Origin: a virus
Taxonomy: Duplodnaviria > Caudoviricetes
DNA: 64,000 nt
Strand: one strand, 5' to 3'
IMG/VR virus record: IMGVR_UViG_3300020388_000009
The notes beneath the pieces are model-generated. The model did not search any database. It was not told the origin of the DNA and saw only the letters and a list, made by a program, of their open reading frames with translations. Positions 8,258-17,031 of the stretch are shown here, one piece after another. The position numbers and the translations under genes are program-made. The first letter of the stretch is position 1. Each line of letters opens with the position of its first letter.

Positions 8258-10312
8258 TTATGCTACTTCTAAAAATTTACTATTCATTGTCTTAGCCACT
8301 TCCGCAATCTTCGAAGTATCAATAAATTGAGCTTCTTTACCATACATCTTCTGGAAGTTTTCTTTATCACTACCATATGGAGAACCGGAACAAATGAAGT
8401 ATGATATAACTTTGATACCTTCTCTAACCATTTTCTTCACTTGCGCTCTTGTATGATTATAAGCTCCTTCTCCATAGTAACCTTCAAAGTATGGACAACC
8501 ATCACTCATGTTTACAAAATATGCATCCTTACCACGGCTGGCATCTAATATATCTTTCATGATAGCATCAAAACATAATCCTTCTGGAGTACTACCTGAT
8601 ACGCATAACATTGGAAAACATGTTTTGATTTGCGTCATACCATGCTTTCTACTATCATATGCAACTAACATAACTGCCTTACCATATCCTCTAGTATCAC
8701 CAAATGATGATCCGGCTCTCAAGCTAATCACACAATCCATATTCTCAATCATATCACATGCCTTCGCAATTGCAATTGCGGTCGTCATTGCATTCTGGAA
8801 ATTACCTCCGCTCATGGATCCACTATTGTCAATTGATATATGAATGATACCAGGATTATAAGCAAATGATTCTATCTTTTCAAATATAGCTTCTGCACCA
8901 AAACCTGCATTGGCAATCATTCGTTTATCAATTCTACCAGATCGAAGACGATTGAACTTTGTATTACGCTCTTCAGATCTAACTTTAAGCTTCTTACCTA
9001 ACATGATACCTTTACGCATACCATCCTTAACGGCTTTGCTATTATCTTTCCAAGATGACCACATTCCACTTTCAACTGTTTCCATTAATCTTTTAGTAAG
9101 ATTCTTAATAACAGTTACACTAGCTGTCTTACGATAATATGTACCTGCATATCTTTCTTGTTCATACTCAACATCTTTAACTTCAACACCACTCTCTTCC
9201 ATGGCCTGGATCTGTTCTAACAACTTTCTACTAACACCTGTCTTCTTAACTTCTCCTTTCTGGAACTTCTTTTGCTTCTCAATAGCCTTTTCTAATTGAG
9301 ACTTTAAACGATCGCTTAACAAATCTAAGTCCTGAGGCATTTCATTGTTACCTTCTTCATCACCTTGGCCTTTCATAGCCTCATCTCCTTCTGCTATAGA
9401 TCCATCATCTTCTTGCATGCTACCGCCATCATCAAACTTCTCACCTTTCTTCTCACGCTTGTTTTTAGAAACAATATCTTCTGGAGATCCTTCACCATCT
9501 TCTGCTTTAGGTTCATTAACTTCTGGCTTCTTCATAGCCGGAATATGTTGCTCGCAACAATTAAATAAATCCCAAGCTAATTCTAAGGCGTCTTGAGTAC
9601 TTTTAAGACGACTAATATTCTTAAGATCGATTAACTTCCATATGAAAGCCATATTCATTACATCTAATCTACGATTTGGATTAGTTAAGTTAACAATACG
9701 GAACATATATGAATCCCAATCATATGAAGTATACTCATCAGACTTCAAACCTTTATCAATAACTTTAGCATTGAAATACTTATCATACAATGATGCATAA
9801 TAACCTTGGTAACCTGGAGCATTTTTATATACCCAAGCATCTATTCTACGATCCTCTATCACATTCAAAAGATCTTTTAAGATAGGCTTAACATAATCAC
9901 TTGCTTGCCATCTAGATTCGATGGTCTCATGCTTCTCAGCCAATGTCTCCATTACCTGGTCATGTCGTTGAATCCAATTATCTAATTGGTGCAACACTTC
10001 AAAATCAGTTAACTTAACATGCGATCCTTCATGTAATGCTAATCCTACAGCTGGATCAAAATCTTTATCCTTAAGGCTGGCTGATATAGTAACTACATCA
10101 CCATCCGTATAACTATCACCGGATTGGGTGTAACGAACTGGAATGTCTTTACCAGTTACAATTCTTACAAAGTTACCAATAGCTCTACGGTAACCTGCTA
10201 ACTTCATTGGATCTTTACCTTTAGGTTTAAAAGGTAACAAACCCGTTAGGATATCACGATCATCATCGTAAAAATCTTCTCCTAACCAATAACTCGAATT
10301 ATTATGCTTCAT
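8258..10312 (-). CDS. VWA-domain protein with N-terminal HExxH metallopeptidase-like domain (CobT-like)
   Basis: ALHEGSH and NVIEDRRID motifs; acidic linker; MIDAS motif IDNSGSM; MSDG. Confidence 0.8.
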   Translation of the reverse strand: MKHNNSSYWLGEDFYDDDRDILTGLLPFKPKGKDPMKLAGYRRAIGNFVRIVTGKDIPVRYTQSGDSYTDGDVVTISASLKDKDFDPAVGLALHEGSHVKLTDFEVLHQLDNWIQRHDQVMETLAEKHETIESRWQASDYVKPILKDLLNVIEDRRIDAWVYKNAPGYQGYYASLYDKYFNAKVIDKGLKSDEYTSYDWDSYMFRIVNLTNPNRRLDVMNMAFIWKLIDLKNISRLKSTQDALELAWDLFNCCEQHIPAMKKPEVNEPKAEDGEGSPEDIVSKNKREKKGEKFDDGGSMQEDDGSIAEGDEAMKGQGDEEGNNEMPQDLDLLSDRLKSQLEKAIEKQKKFQKGEVKKTGVSRKLLEQIQAMEESGVEVKDVEYEQERYAGTYYRKTASVTVIKNLTKRLMETVESGMWSSWKDNSKAVKDGMRKGIMLGKKLKVRSEERNTKFNRLRSGRIDKRMIANAGFGAEAIFEKIESFAYNPGIIHISIDNSGSMSGGNFQNAMTTAIAIAKACDMIENMDCVISLRAGSSFGDTRGYGKAVMLVAYDSRKHGMTQIKTCFPMLCVSGSTPEGLCFDAIMKDILDASRGKDAYFVNMSDGCPYFEGYYGEGAYNHTRAQVKKMVREGIKVISYFICSGSPYGSDKENFQKMYGKEAQFIDTSKIAEVAKTMNSKFLEVA

Positions 10313-10333
10313 ATCTAACTTTTTAATTATAAT

Positions 10334-10365
10334 TAAAAATAAGTAAAAAATCTCATTCTACCAAA
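10334..10365 (-). promoter_or_regulatory. Early promoter
   Basis: TTTG-N20-TATTTTTA with AAAAAAAGCTGCCAAAAGA upstream. Confidence 0.75.
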
Positions 10366-10475
10366 TCTTTTGGCAGCTTTTTTTAAAAAAGTTTACGGAG
10401 GACTTATATCTATTGCATGCGGTTTAATTAAAATCCGGTCATGAACGCCTCCCTAAACTCTACCAAAGAATATTA

Positions 10476-11645
10476 TTATGCCATTTCATCTACATCAACA
10501 CCTTCTGTATTGAATTGGTCTTCTGATTCGGTACTACCAACAAACTTTTGTACCACTTGCTTCATAAAGGTTCTTTCAGAATCAACGCCACCATCTTCAT
10601 CAAAGAATGGATAGATACAAACTTCGGCTGCTTCAGCTAATGTAAAACCATCTTCTAACAATCCGGCTAACTCTACACTGATACGAGTACTAATTGCATT
10701 TGATACTCTAGGTGCATCATTCTTAACTTCTGATCTGGTCATGGAAGCTATCTCTGCAATTGCATCTACCTGCTCTTGCGTTACACCTGGATGAAGATCC
10801 TTAAGCAATGCTGCCTCTTGGTCTTTATTCAATGTATCCATTTCAACAATAATGAAACGATCAACTAATGCTCTATCCATTGCTCTAGTCGCTGTATACT
10901 CATTACCAATATTAGCAGTGGCAACAAACGTTACACCTTCGGCCACATCAATGGTTGGTGCATCTTCATGTTCATCTAGTCTCAAATATCTTTGACCTTG
11001 ATCTAATACGGTCATCAATATATTCCAAGCTTCTGGATGCGCTCTAGATATCTCATCTAACAATATAATAGAATCCTTAGTCTGGATCGCTTTAACAAAT
11101 AACGATTCACTAAAGGTTGTACCTTCATCTTTCTTGAAATGCGTATTACCAATCAATGTACCTCTTGGATCTTGAGTAGCACCTAAATTGAAATAGAAAT
11201 GCGGACGATCCAAAGCCTCTACCAATTTCTTAGCGGCCATCGTCTTACCACAACCGGCGGCTCCAGTCATCATAATGTTCTTACCACGCATAGCTGATCG
11301 AATCAAATACTTCCATTTAAGGTCTGGCATTACCAATGTCTTAGGACGAAGGTCTACAGACTCATTATGGATAAAATTCAATACTGGATCAGCATTGATC
11401 ATTTCAGAAGCTTTAACTTCTGGTTCAGATGGAGTAGGATTCACATCTGAAAATTCACTTAATGGTTTTCTCATACATCGACCAGTTTCGGTATCATACT
11501 TAAGACATTGACCATTAGCTAATGCTAAATCAACCATGTCCTCTCTAACATAAATATCTGTTCTAACTGAATCTTCAACATCTCTTAACTCTGTAAATCC
11601 GTTAGAGTTTTTAACTGGCTTAAGGTAAACAAATTCTTTTTTCAT
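10476..11645 (-). CDS. MoxR/CbbQ/CobS-type AAA+ ATPase
   Basis: Walker A GAAGCGKT, Walker B LLDEISR, ATAN, ALVDRF; adjacent to the VWA gene. Confidence 0.85.
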   Translation of the reverse strand: MKKEFVYLKPVKNSNGFTELRDVEDSVRTDIYVREDMVDLALANGQCLKYDTETGRCMRKPLSEFSDVNPTPSEPEVKASEMINADPVLNFIHNESVDLRPKTLVMPDLKWKYLIRSAMRGKNIMMTGAAGCGKTMAAKKLVEALDRPHFYFNLGATQDPRGTLIGNTHFKKDEGTTFSESLFVKAIQTKDSIILLDEISRAHPEAWNILMTVLDQGQRYLRLDEHEDAPTIDVAEGVTFVATANIGNEYTATRAMDRALVDRFIIVEMDTLNKDQEAALLKDLHPGVTQEQVDAIAEIASMTRSEVKNDAPRVSNAISTRISVELAGLLEDGFTLAEAAEVCIYPFFDEDGGVDSERTFMKQVVQKFVGSTESEDQFNTEGVDVDEMA

Positions 11646-11682
11646 CTTTGGTATTTAATTAATAATCTTTTTATCTTCTATA

Positions 11683-11714
11683 TAAAAATAAGTAAAATAA
11701 GTCACGCTACCAAA
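11683..11714 (-). promoter_or_regulatory. Early promoter
   Basis: TTTG-N20-TATTTTTA with AAAAAAAGCTACCAAAAGA upstream. Confidence 0.75.
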
Positions 11715-11736
11715 TCTTTTGGTAGCTTTTTTTCAA

Positions 11737-12141
11737 CTATTTTACTTCCCAATATGGTACTAAATGAGGATCTGGTTGGTATCCTATTAACCCCATTGCC
11801 TGAGTCTTAACATATCCTTTATGGTGTAAATAATACATAGACTCATGTAATTGGAATCCAGGCATATTTACTATTGCTTTAATGGTTTCTTCTTTAATAT
11901 CATCTATAGAAAACCCTTCACCATATCTGTAACCAGCTATCTCATGGGCCATATCACGGAGGCCATCTTCATCCATTGGTATTGCCATATTTGCATATGT
12001 CTTCTGGAATGCTGCTAATATTTGATCTTTAAGGTGTTCTTCGGTACGTTCATTATGATCATACATTTCCTTTGACCAAGGCTTAGTAATCTCAATTCCG
12101 TAAATAAATGTTTTTGGTTTTTGGTTCTTAGCTTTAAGCAT
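11737..12141 (-). CDS. Early hypothetical protein
   Basis: 134 aa, downstream of the promoter at 12173-12204. Confidence 0.65.
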   Translation of the reverse strand: MLKAKNQKPKTFIYGIEITKPWSKEMYDHNERTEEHLKDQILAAFQKTYANMAIPMDEDGLRDMAHEIAGYRYGEGFSIDDIKEETIKAIVNMPGFQLHESMYYLHHKGYVKTQAMGLIGYQPDPHLVPYWEVK

Positions 12142-12172
12142 ATCTCTCTATCTTTTAATTAATTAATATAAT

Positions 12173-12204
12173 TAAAGATAAGGAATATATTTCAATTAAC
12201 CAAA
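12173..12204 (-). promoter_or_regulatory. Early promoter; 32 bp (12156-12187) identical in inverted orientation to 1838-1869
   Basis: TTTG-N20-TATCTTTA; shared block TATTCCTTATCTTTAATTATATTAATTAATTA. Confidence 0.75.
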
Positions 12205-12497
12205 TCTTTTCCTAGGAAAGTTTTAACTTTGTTTGTCAATGTTACTACTTTTTTACACATGTCATACTCTTCTGTAGCTTCGAAGTATTCGCGGACGCGG
12301 TCTAAATTGGTAAGCCATTCTTTTGATTCTATACGTAGTTCATAATCATCGTTAAGATGTGCAATGACTGGATCTGGTTCATATGTTAACATGGCCATTT
12401 CAATTGCTTCCATCGTGCTTATATTGATTGCATGCGCATGTTCATACATTTGTTCAATAAATTCTTGTTCTGATTCAAATTGTATATTTGGTACCAT
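12192..12497 (-). CDS. Protein with C-terminal UVR-like motif
   Basis: Probable start MVPNIQF; EYFEATEEYDMCKKV. Confidence 0.55.
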   Translation of the reverse strand: MVPNIQFESEQEFIEQMYEHAHAINISTMEAIEMAMLTYEPDPVIAHLNDDYELRIESKEWLTNLDRVREYFEATEEYDMCKKVVTLTNKVKTFLGKDLVN

Positions 12498-13018
12498 TAA
12501 TAATTGTTCCTCATTCGACCGCCTAATGGATTGCCTACCTCTTGGTAGTAACAATTGTAACATAGTAGTCTTAAGTTTTCTCTTTTATGATTAGTACGAT
12601 CCCCATCTATCCAATCTAGCAATAAAGGTACTGTATAATCATTTACACGTCTTTCACAGTATCCGCAAGAGTCGCATTGCTCTTCCATAACAGCATTTTT
12701 AAGTAGACGTGGTTTCAATTTACTGTAAGGATAGTTAGGATATTTACCGTCTAGTATATCTAGTAAACCATAATGGCCACGCATGCGTGGCTTATGAGCA
12801 CGTGATATTCCTTTACCAGCTTTATTCTTATGTAGTTCAAATAATGTTTTACCAGATTCTTCATCTTTATAAAGCTTTGCATACTTACGAAATGCTTCAT
12901 ATGATACTTTAAGGAAGCGAGCTGCCCCTGCACAGGATTGAGTGTTCTCCATTGCATACCGAATCTCAGATTCTGATATGTTCATTGGTGGCCGGCCTTC
13001 TCCTGCTTTGTAAGGCAT
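12497..13018 (-). CDS. HTH plus degenerate HNH/Zn-finger protein
   Basis: AARFLKVSYEAFRKYAK; CDSC...LDWIDGDRTN...ENLRLLCYNCY. Confidence 0.7.
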   Translation of the reverse strand: MPYKAGEGRPPMNISESEIRYAMENTQSCAGAARFLKVSYEAFRKYAKLYKDEESGKTLFELHKNKAGKGISRAHKPRMRGHYGLLDILDGKYPNYPYSKLKPRLLKNAVMEEQCDSCGYCERRVNDYTVPLLLDWIDGDRTNHKRENLRLLCYNCYYQEVGNPLGGRMRNNY

Positions 13019-13019
13019 A

Positions 13020-13325
13020 TTATCCTTTTAAAAGAGCTTTAGTATCTATCGATTGGTTTCGAGCAGATGCATTTTTTTGTCGTTGTCCATCAAACTCCTT
13101 CTTCTGTACTTCTGATAACGAATCGTACCAACTTGCGAATCGACCACCAGGAATAGTTAAAAATTCGTCCCATAGATTACGTGGTTCATAATTTGGTTTA
13201 AATTCATAATTTGCTAATACCATTCCTAACAATGTAGATGCCTTTGGTTGAACTGATACATTGTTAGTTGCCATCGATTCATACCATTCATCCATTATCT
13301 GTGCTACATAATCTTTCTTGTCCAT
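13020..13325 (-). CDS. Hypothetical protein
   Basis: 101 aa ORF in operon. Confidence 0.55.
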   Translation of the reverse strand: MDKKDYVAQIMDEWYESMATNNVSVQPKASTLLGMVLANYEFKPNYEPRNLWDEFLTIPGGRFASWYDSLSEVQKKEFDGQRQKNASARNQSIDTKALLKG

Positions 13326-13342
13326 AACTTATTCCTTTATTT

Positions 13343-13699
13343 TTATAAATATACTTCTGCGCCATTCTCATCATCTTCGAATACTGATACGTATACACAG
13401 TCAAATTCTAGTAAGATTTCTCTAGCTAACATTTCACATGACTTGGCTCCAAATTCATGAGTTCTTGAATCTGCGTTATAATATTGATTACCTAAATATT
13501 CTAGAATATCTCGTTTAAACATTATAAACTCTACATCGCGGTCATCATGATGCACACGTTTCTTTGCAGTGATATACCATTTATGTCGATGCATATTTGA
13601 TAAGAATCCTACTTCTGGAAATACTCCTTGAGCAGCTGGCCAATTATGTAGACCTTCTAACTCTAATTTTGCTATTACGTTTGTTTTAAATACACTCAT
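13343..13699 (-). CDS. QueD-like T-fold protein, candidate CDG decarboxylase (DpdL-like)
   Basis: LEGLHNW...FLSNMHRHKW...DRDVEF...SCEMLA...VSVFEDDENGA; distinct from the canonical QueD at 59973. Confidence 0.6.
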   Translation of the reverse strand: MSVFKTNVIAKLELEGLHNWPAAQGVFPEVGFLSNMHRHKWYITAKKRVHHDDRDVEFIMFKRDILEYLGNQYYNADSRTHEFGAKSCEMLAREILLEFDCVYVSVFEDDENGAEVYL

Positions 13700-13703
13700 A
13701 CTA

Positions 13704-13735
13704 TCAATATATAAAATTTATTTCATGAATCCAAA
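13704..13735 (-). promoter_or_regulatory. Early promoter for the DpdL-like gene
   Basis: TTTG-N20-TATATTGA. Confidence 0.6.
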
Positions 13736-14274
13736 TGATTTTTAACTTTATTCCAATATGCAACTGTTGCTGGTTTGTAGATACCTTTTGGTCCACCATT
13801 CCAACATCTTGCAATTTCTTCAGGTGTTACTAAATTATAGTAATCTCGATAAATGTTAAACATTTCTATAGATCTTTGTCTACACCATCGGTCTTTGTAT
13901 TCATATCTTTTTTCGGAACCTTGACGTTTAAGGATCCTATTAACATCTCGTACCATTGTGCGTCGTATTTGTAAAGCCCCAACAGCATCTTCTTCAACAC
14001 AGTAAGCATCGTCATTTCCTCCACTTTCTATTTGTATTAATGCATTAATAATTCTATCATCTGGTTCTTGGTTAAAATGATATCTAGGACGTTCTAAATC
14101 ATTTATGATTGATTTTAAACTATCCATTTGATATTGATAATATATCTTATCTCGTATAATTTGATTTTCTAAATCAAGTATTTGATCTTCATAACTTATT
14201 AATCCTAATGCTGCTGGGCATGCTAATAATATTGTGATCATACAAATTTTAATCTCGCAAGGTAACTTTTTCAT
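13723..14274 (-). CDS. Lysozyme-fold muramidase (i-type/destabilase-like) with N-terminal hydrophobic anchor
   Basis: LIQIESGG, AVGALQI, ARCWNGGP. Confidence 0.75.
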   Translation of the reverse strand: MKKLPCEIKICMITILLACPAALGLISYEDQILDLENQIIRDKIYYQYQMDSLKSIINDLERPRYHFNQEPDDRIINALIQIESGGNDDAYCVEEDAVGALQIRRTMVRDVNRILKRQGSEKRYEYKDRWCRQRSIEMFNIYRDYYNLVTPEEIARCWNGGPKGIYKPATVAYWNKVKNHLDS

Positions 14275-14546
14275 TTTGTTCTAATATCTACGTTTAAACC
14301 TAATTTTTGTAACTGAGCATATTTAATGTACACATCATTTCCAAATCCAGAATAAAGTTCTGCTTCGCCGGCGTTATGTGTTATCATAGCCATCTGCTCT
14401 GCTAGTAATGAATTACAGTCTGGTAATACAGATTGCAGCGCATACATTACATTATCAAATGAATTGAAATCATCGTCTATTAAATACAAATATAATCGCT
14501 TTCTACGCTTCCTGCGTGTACTCCCAAATGATCCTGATGTCTCCAT
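14271..14546 (-). CDS. clpS: Clp protease adaptor ClpS-like
   Basis: LYLIDDDFNSFDNVMYAL...AEQMAMITHNAGEA. Confidence 0.75.
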   Translation of the reverse strand: METSGSFGSTRRKRRKRLYLYLIDDDFNSFDNVMYALQSVLPDCNSLLAEQMAMITHNAGEAELYSGFGNDVYIKYAQLQKLGLNVDIRTK

Positions 14547-14572
14547 ATGTTGTTGATGTAACCCAATCCATG

Positions 14573-14785
14573 TTAATGCTCCTGATGTTCTATTTTAACT
14601 ATACCATATTCCTGATATTCGTTGATGAGCTCTTTTGTAACCTTTGTCCGATCCGCTATACCATACGCTTCTTTTGCTGCAATATTAACTCCTGCATCAT
14701 CTTGTACATATACTATATACGAGTTTTGAGCCCCATCCTGGAAATCGTAAGTATCTGTAATCTTACTCACTATCTTCCATGACAT
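14573..14785 (-). CDS. Hypothetical protein
   Basis: Probable start MSWKIVSK. Confidence 0.5.
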   Translation of the reverse strand: MSWKIVSKITDTYDFQDGAQNSYIVYVQDDAGVNIAAKEAYGIADRTKVTKELINEYQEYGIVKIEHQEH

Positions 14786-14978
14786 GGATGAGCCTTTGTA
14801 ATTTAGCACATTTTTCATATTCTTCTTTCTTTTCAAAATACGTTATCATATGATTCATAAAAGCAATTTTTTTAGATGTATCAAATGTCTGAGGCCATAT
14901 ATTAATGCTAGTAATAACATCATAGACTTCGTCGATTGTAAGATCTAAATAGTTTTCTGTCATTGTCATTGTTTCCAT
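14763..14978 (-). CDS. Small protein with UVR-like motif
   Basis: YFEKKEEYEKCAKLQ. Confidence 0.6.
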   Translation of the reverse strand: METMTMTENYLDLTIDEVYDVITSINIWPQTFDTSKKIAFMNHMITYFEKKEEYEKCAKLQRLIHVMEDSE

Positions 14979-14994
14979 ATTTGCTTATTTTATC

Positions 14995-15026
14995 TTAATA
15001 TAAGAAATATATGTCACGTTACCAAA
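14995..15026 (-). promoter_or_regulatory. Early promoter
   Basis: TTTG-N20-TATATTAA. Confidence 0.7.
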
Positions 15027-15042
15027 TGTTTAATATGATTTG

Positions 15043-15474
15043 TTACCACTTTCTACAAGACCAATATCCTGCAGTTGTACGATCTTTTTTCTGGTCACAC
15101 TTATGTCGTGCTCTAAATGATTTTCTGGCACCTGGATTATCTTTTTTGATAACCATACCTTTCTGGCCAAAGTTAACTTTTTTAACGTTACCTGTCTTAG
15201 GATCTTTAACATATACCTTAAACTTTTTAACATCGCCTTGCATAGGTTTACCTAACTTAACTTTACGTCCTTGGTACTCTGCTTCTTGGAATATTACAGG
15301 TTCATCATGTTCTAATATTTCTAATCCTAATGCTTCATTTCTAAATAACACAGTCTCTGATACTTTAACACATTTGTCTTTACCATCTTCGGTACCTGCA
15401 TATCGGTATCCTTTCCAACATGCTTTACCATCAGCGCCTTTTACTTTTTCACCTAATATATCTTTTAGTTTCAT
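15043..15474 (-). CDS. Conserved phage basic protein (DUF6321-like) with MKLKDILxE leader
   Basis: ACWKGY...C; KKFKVYVK...KKVNFG...ARKSFRARHKC...AGYWSCRKW. Confidence 0.7.
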   Translation of the reverse strand: MKLKDILGEKVKGADGKACWKGYRYAGTEDGKDKCVKVSETVLFRNEALGLEILEHDEPVIFQEAEYQGRKVKLGKPMQGDVKKFKVYVKDPKTGNVKKVNFGQKGMVIKKDNPGARKSFRARHKCDQKKDRTTAGYWSCRKW

Positions 15475-15692
15475 TTTTTAGCTCCTGCAAATTTTTCTAG
15501 GCCAGCTATACCAAAACATCCTAACACTACAAGTGTGAATGAATCATATATGAATTCATTGATAATTAGATCTTTACCTACGTACCCGGTAACTAAGTCT
15601 AACACGGCGAATACTACCATTACTAGGAATGCAATAAAACCTACCACATTCTTTTCATTCCAATCGTTATTGTCTTTAAATATATTCCACAT
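15471..15692 (-). CDS. Two-TM small membrane protein (holin-like)
   Basis: Two hydrophobic helices and a basic C-terminus. Confidence 0.55.
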   Translation of the reverse strand: MWNIFKDNNDWNEKNVVGFIAFLVMVVFAVLDLVTGYVGKDLIINEFIYDSFTLVVLGCFGIAGLEKFAGAKK

Positions 15693-15883
15693 TACTTAGA
15701 CTCCTCTGCTTCCATAGCCGTTTTTATAAGTGGCCACATCTTACTGAATACTTTCTCTGCATCACGTTTCTCCTTACCGGAAAGCATTTTTATTAATTTG
15801 TTTAACTGTATAAATGTTTGGTTTCCTTGAGCTGTTATAGGATGTCCATATCTATCTTCTTTAAGAATATCTTTTAATTTCAT
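15692..15883 (-). CDS. Small protein with MKLKDILKE leader
   Basis: Same N-terminal heptapeptide as 15043-15474. Confidence 0.6.
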   Translation of the reverse strand: MKLKDILKEDRYGHPITAQGNQTFIQLNKLIKMLSGKEKRDAEKVFSKMWPLIKTAMEAEESK

Positions 15884-16074
15884 AGTCCCATACCTCTTCG
15901 GTTATACTTTGTTCTTTGATCCTTATCCACATACTCAACAGCATCATACGCGCCACAATGAGGACATCTAAGTTTATCTAATCTAGATGCTTCATTTATT
16001 TTCCATTCTTCTCCACATCCTTTATCAGAACATTTGTAAATGTATGTATGTCGTATGAATACTTTATGTGCCAT
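15880..16074 (-). CDS. Zn-ribbon protein
   Basis: CSDKGC...CPHCG. Confidence 0.65.
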   Translation of the reverse strand: MAHKVFIRHTYIYKCSDKGCGEEWKINEASRLDKLRCPHCGAYDAVEYVDKDQRTKYNRRGMGL

Positions 16075-16364
16075 TATCTTTGCATCTTTTTTCGATATAT
16101 CTTATACAATCTAACTTCTACTTCTAACGCACTTACAATATCATCTAATAAATCATACCCACCTGATTGCATTGATGCTTCAACCCATTGTCTCAAATCA
16201 TTTTTCATATCATCTGAGTCAGACCATTTCTGGTCAATGTTTGATTGTAATCGCATAGTTGAATAATCTTCACCTAGGTTAGATTGGTCTACTTCTCTCG
16301 AAGCTTGGGCATATTGAGCCTCTTTAAATTCTCGAGTCCATTTATGTGAATCAAATTGTGCCAT
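16074..16364 (-). CDS. Hypothetical late protein
   Basis: 96 aa; TATTTATA motif at 16380-16387 upstream. Confidence 0.6.
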   Translation of the reverse strand: MAQFDSHKWTREFKEAQYAQASREVDQSNLGEDYSTMRLQSNIDQKWSDSDDMKNDLRQWVEASMQSGGYDLLDDIVSALEVEVRLYKIYRKKMQR

Positions 16365-16387
16365 TTCATTTTCCTTTTATATAAATA

Positions 16388-16729
16388 TTAGAATGCTTCC
16401 ATAACAATCTCGTCAATTGCATCTTGAACTTCTTTTCTTGTAGCTTCCATAGTCATCATAATATTGGCCTGGAATCGCTTAGCTTCCTCATTGTTATTGA
16501 AGATAACTAATGTAGGCACGACTACTATTTTATATTCACTAGCCCATCTTGAATCCGCAGTTATATCCACTCTTTGAGTTTCACAATCCGTTAGTTTGCT
16601 TAGCCATGTGACATCATTTGTTTTATTGAAACTAGCGTTAAATTCTACTACTACCATACCTTCTGGAAAGTCTTGGCTCAATGCAAACGTGGACACGAAT
16701 AGCAATATTATTAGTAATAACTTTTTCAT
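16388..16729 (-). CDS. Exported thioredoxin-fold protein lacking CxxC
   Basis: Signal peptide ...FALS-Q; VVVEFNASFN replaces WCxxC; YKIVVVPTLVIF cis-Pro loop retained. Confidence 0.7.
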   Translation of the reverse strand: MKKLLLIILLFVSTFALSQDFPEGMVVVEFNASFNKTNDVTWLSKLTDCETQRVDITADSRWASEYKIVVVPTLVIFNNNEEAKRFQANIMMTMEATRKEVQDAIDEIVMEAF

Positions 16730-16737
16730 AATGATTC

Positions 16738-17022
16738 CTATTTTAAATTATCAATTTTATCTTCCATTCGAATCATCTGCTCTTTGATCTCCTTCACATC
16801 CTCTTGGGTGGTCATGATAGTTTGTCGTATCAATTGATCTTTCATATCATATTCCATACGAGTAATTTCTGGAGCAGATGGTAATGGAAGGGCTTTGGCT
16901 TCTTCAATATCTGCCTGTAATGCAAACCACATACCAACTACAGTTGCAATACCTACTGCAATACCTGCTAACGTCTTTATACTTATTTGAAACGACGTAT
17001 CTTCATTTAATTCTTTAGCCAT
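16738..17022 (-). CDS. Single-TM coiled-coil protein
   Basis: TLAGIAVGIATVVGMWFAL followed by a heptad-rich tail. Confidence 0.65.
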   Translation of the reverse strand: MAKELNEDTSFQISIKTLAGIAVGIATVVGMWFALQADIEEAKALPLPSAPEITRMEYDMKDQLIRQTIMTTQEDVKEIKEQMIRMEDKIDNLK

Positions 17023-17031
17023 GATTATCTC

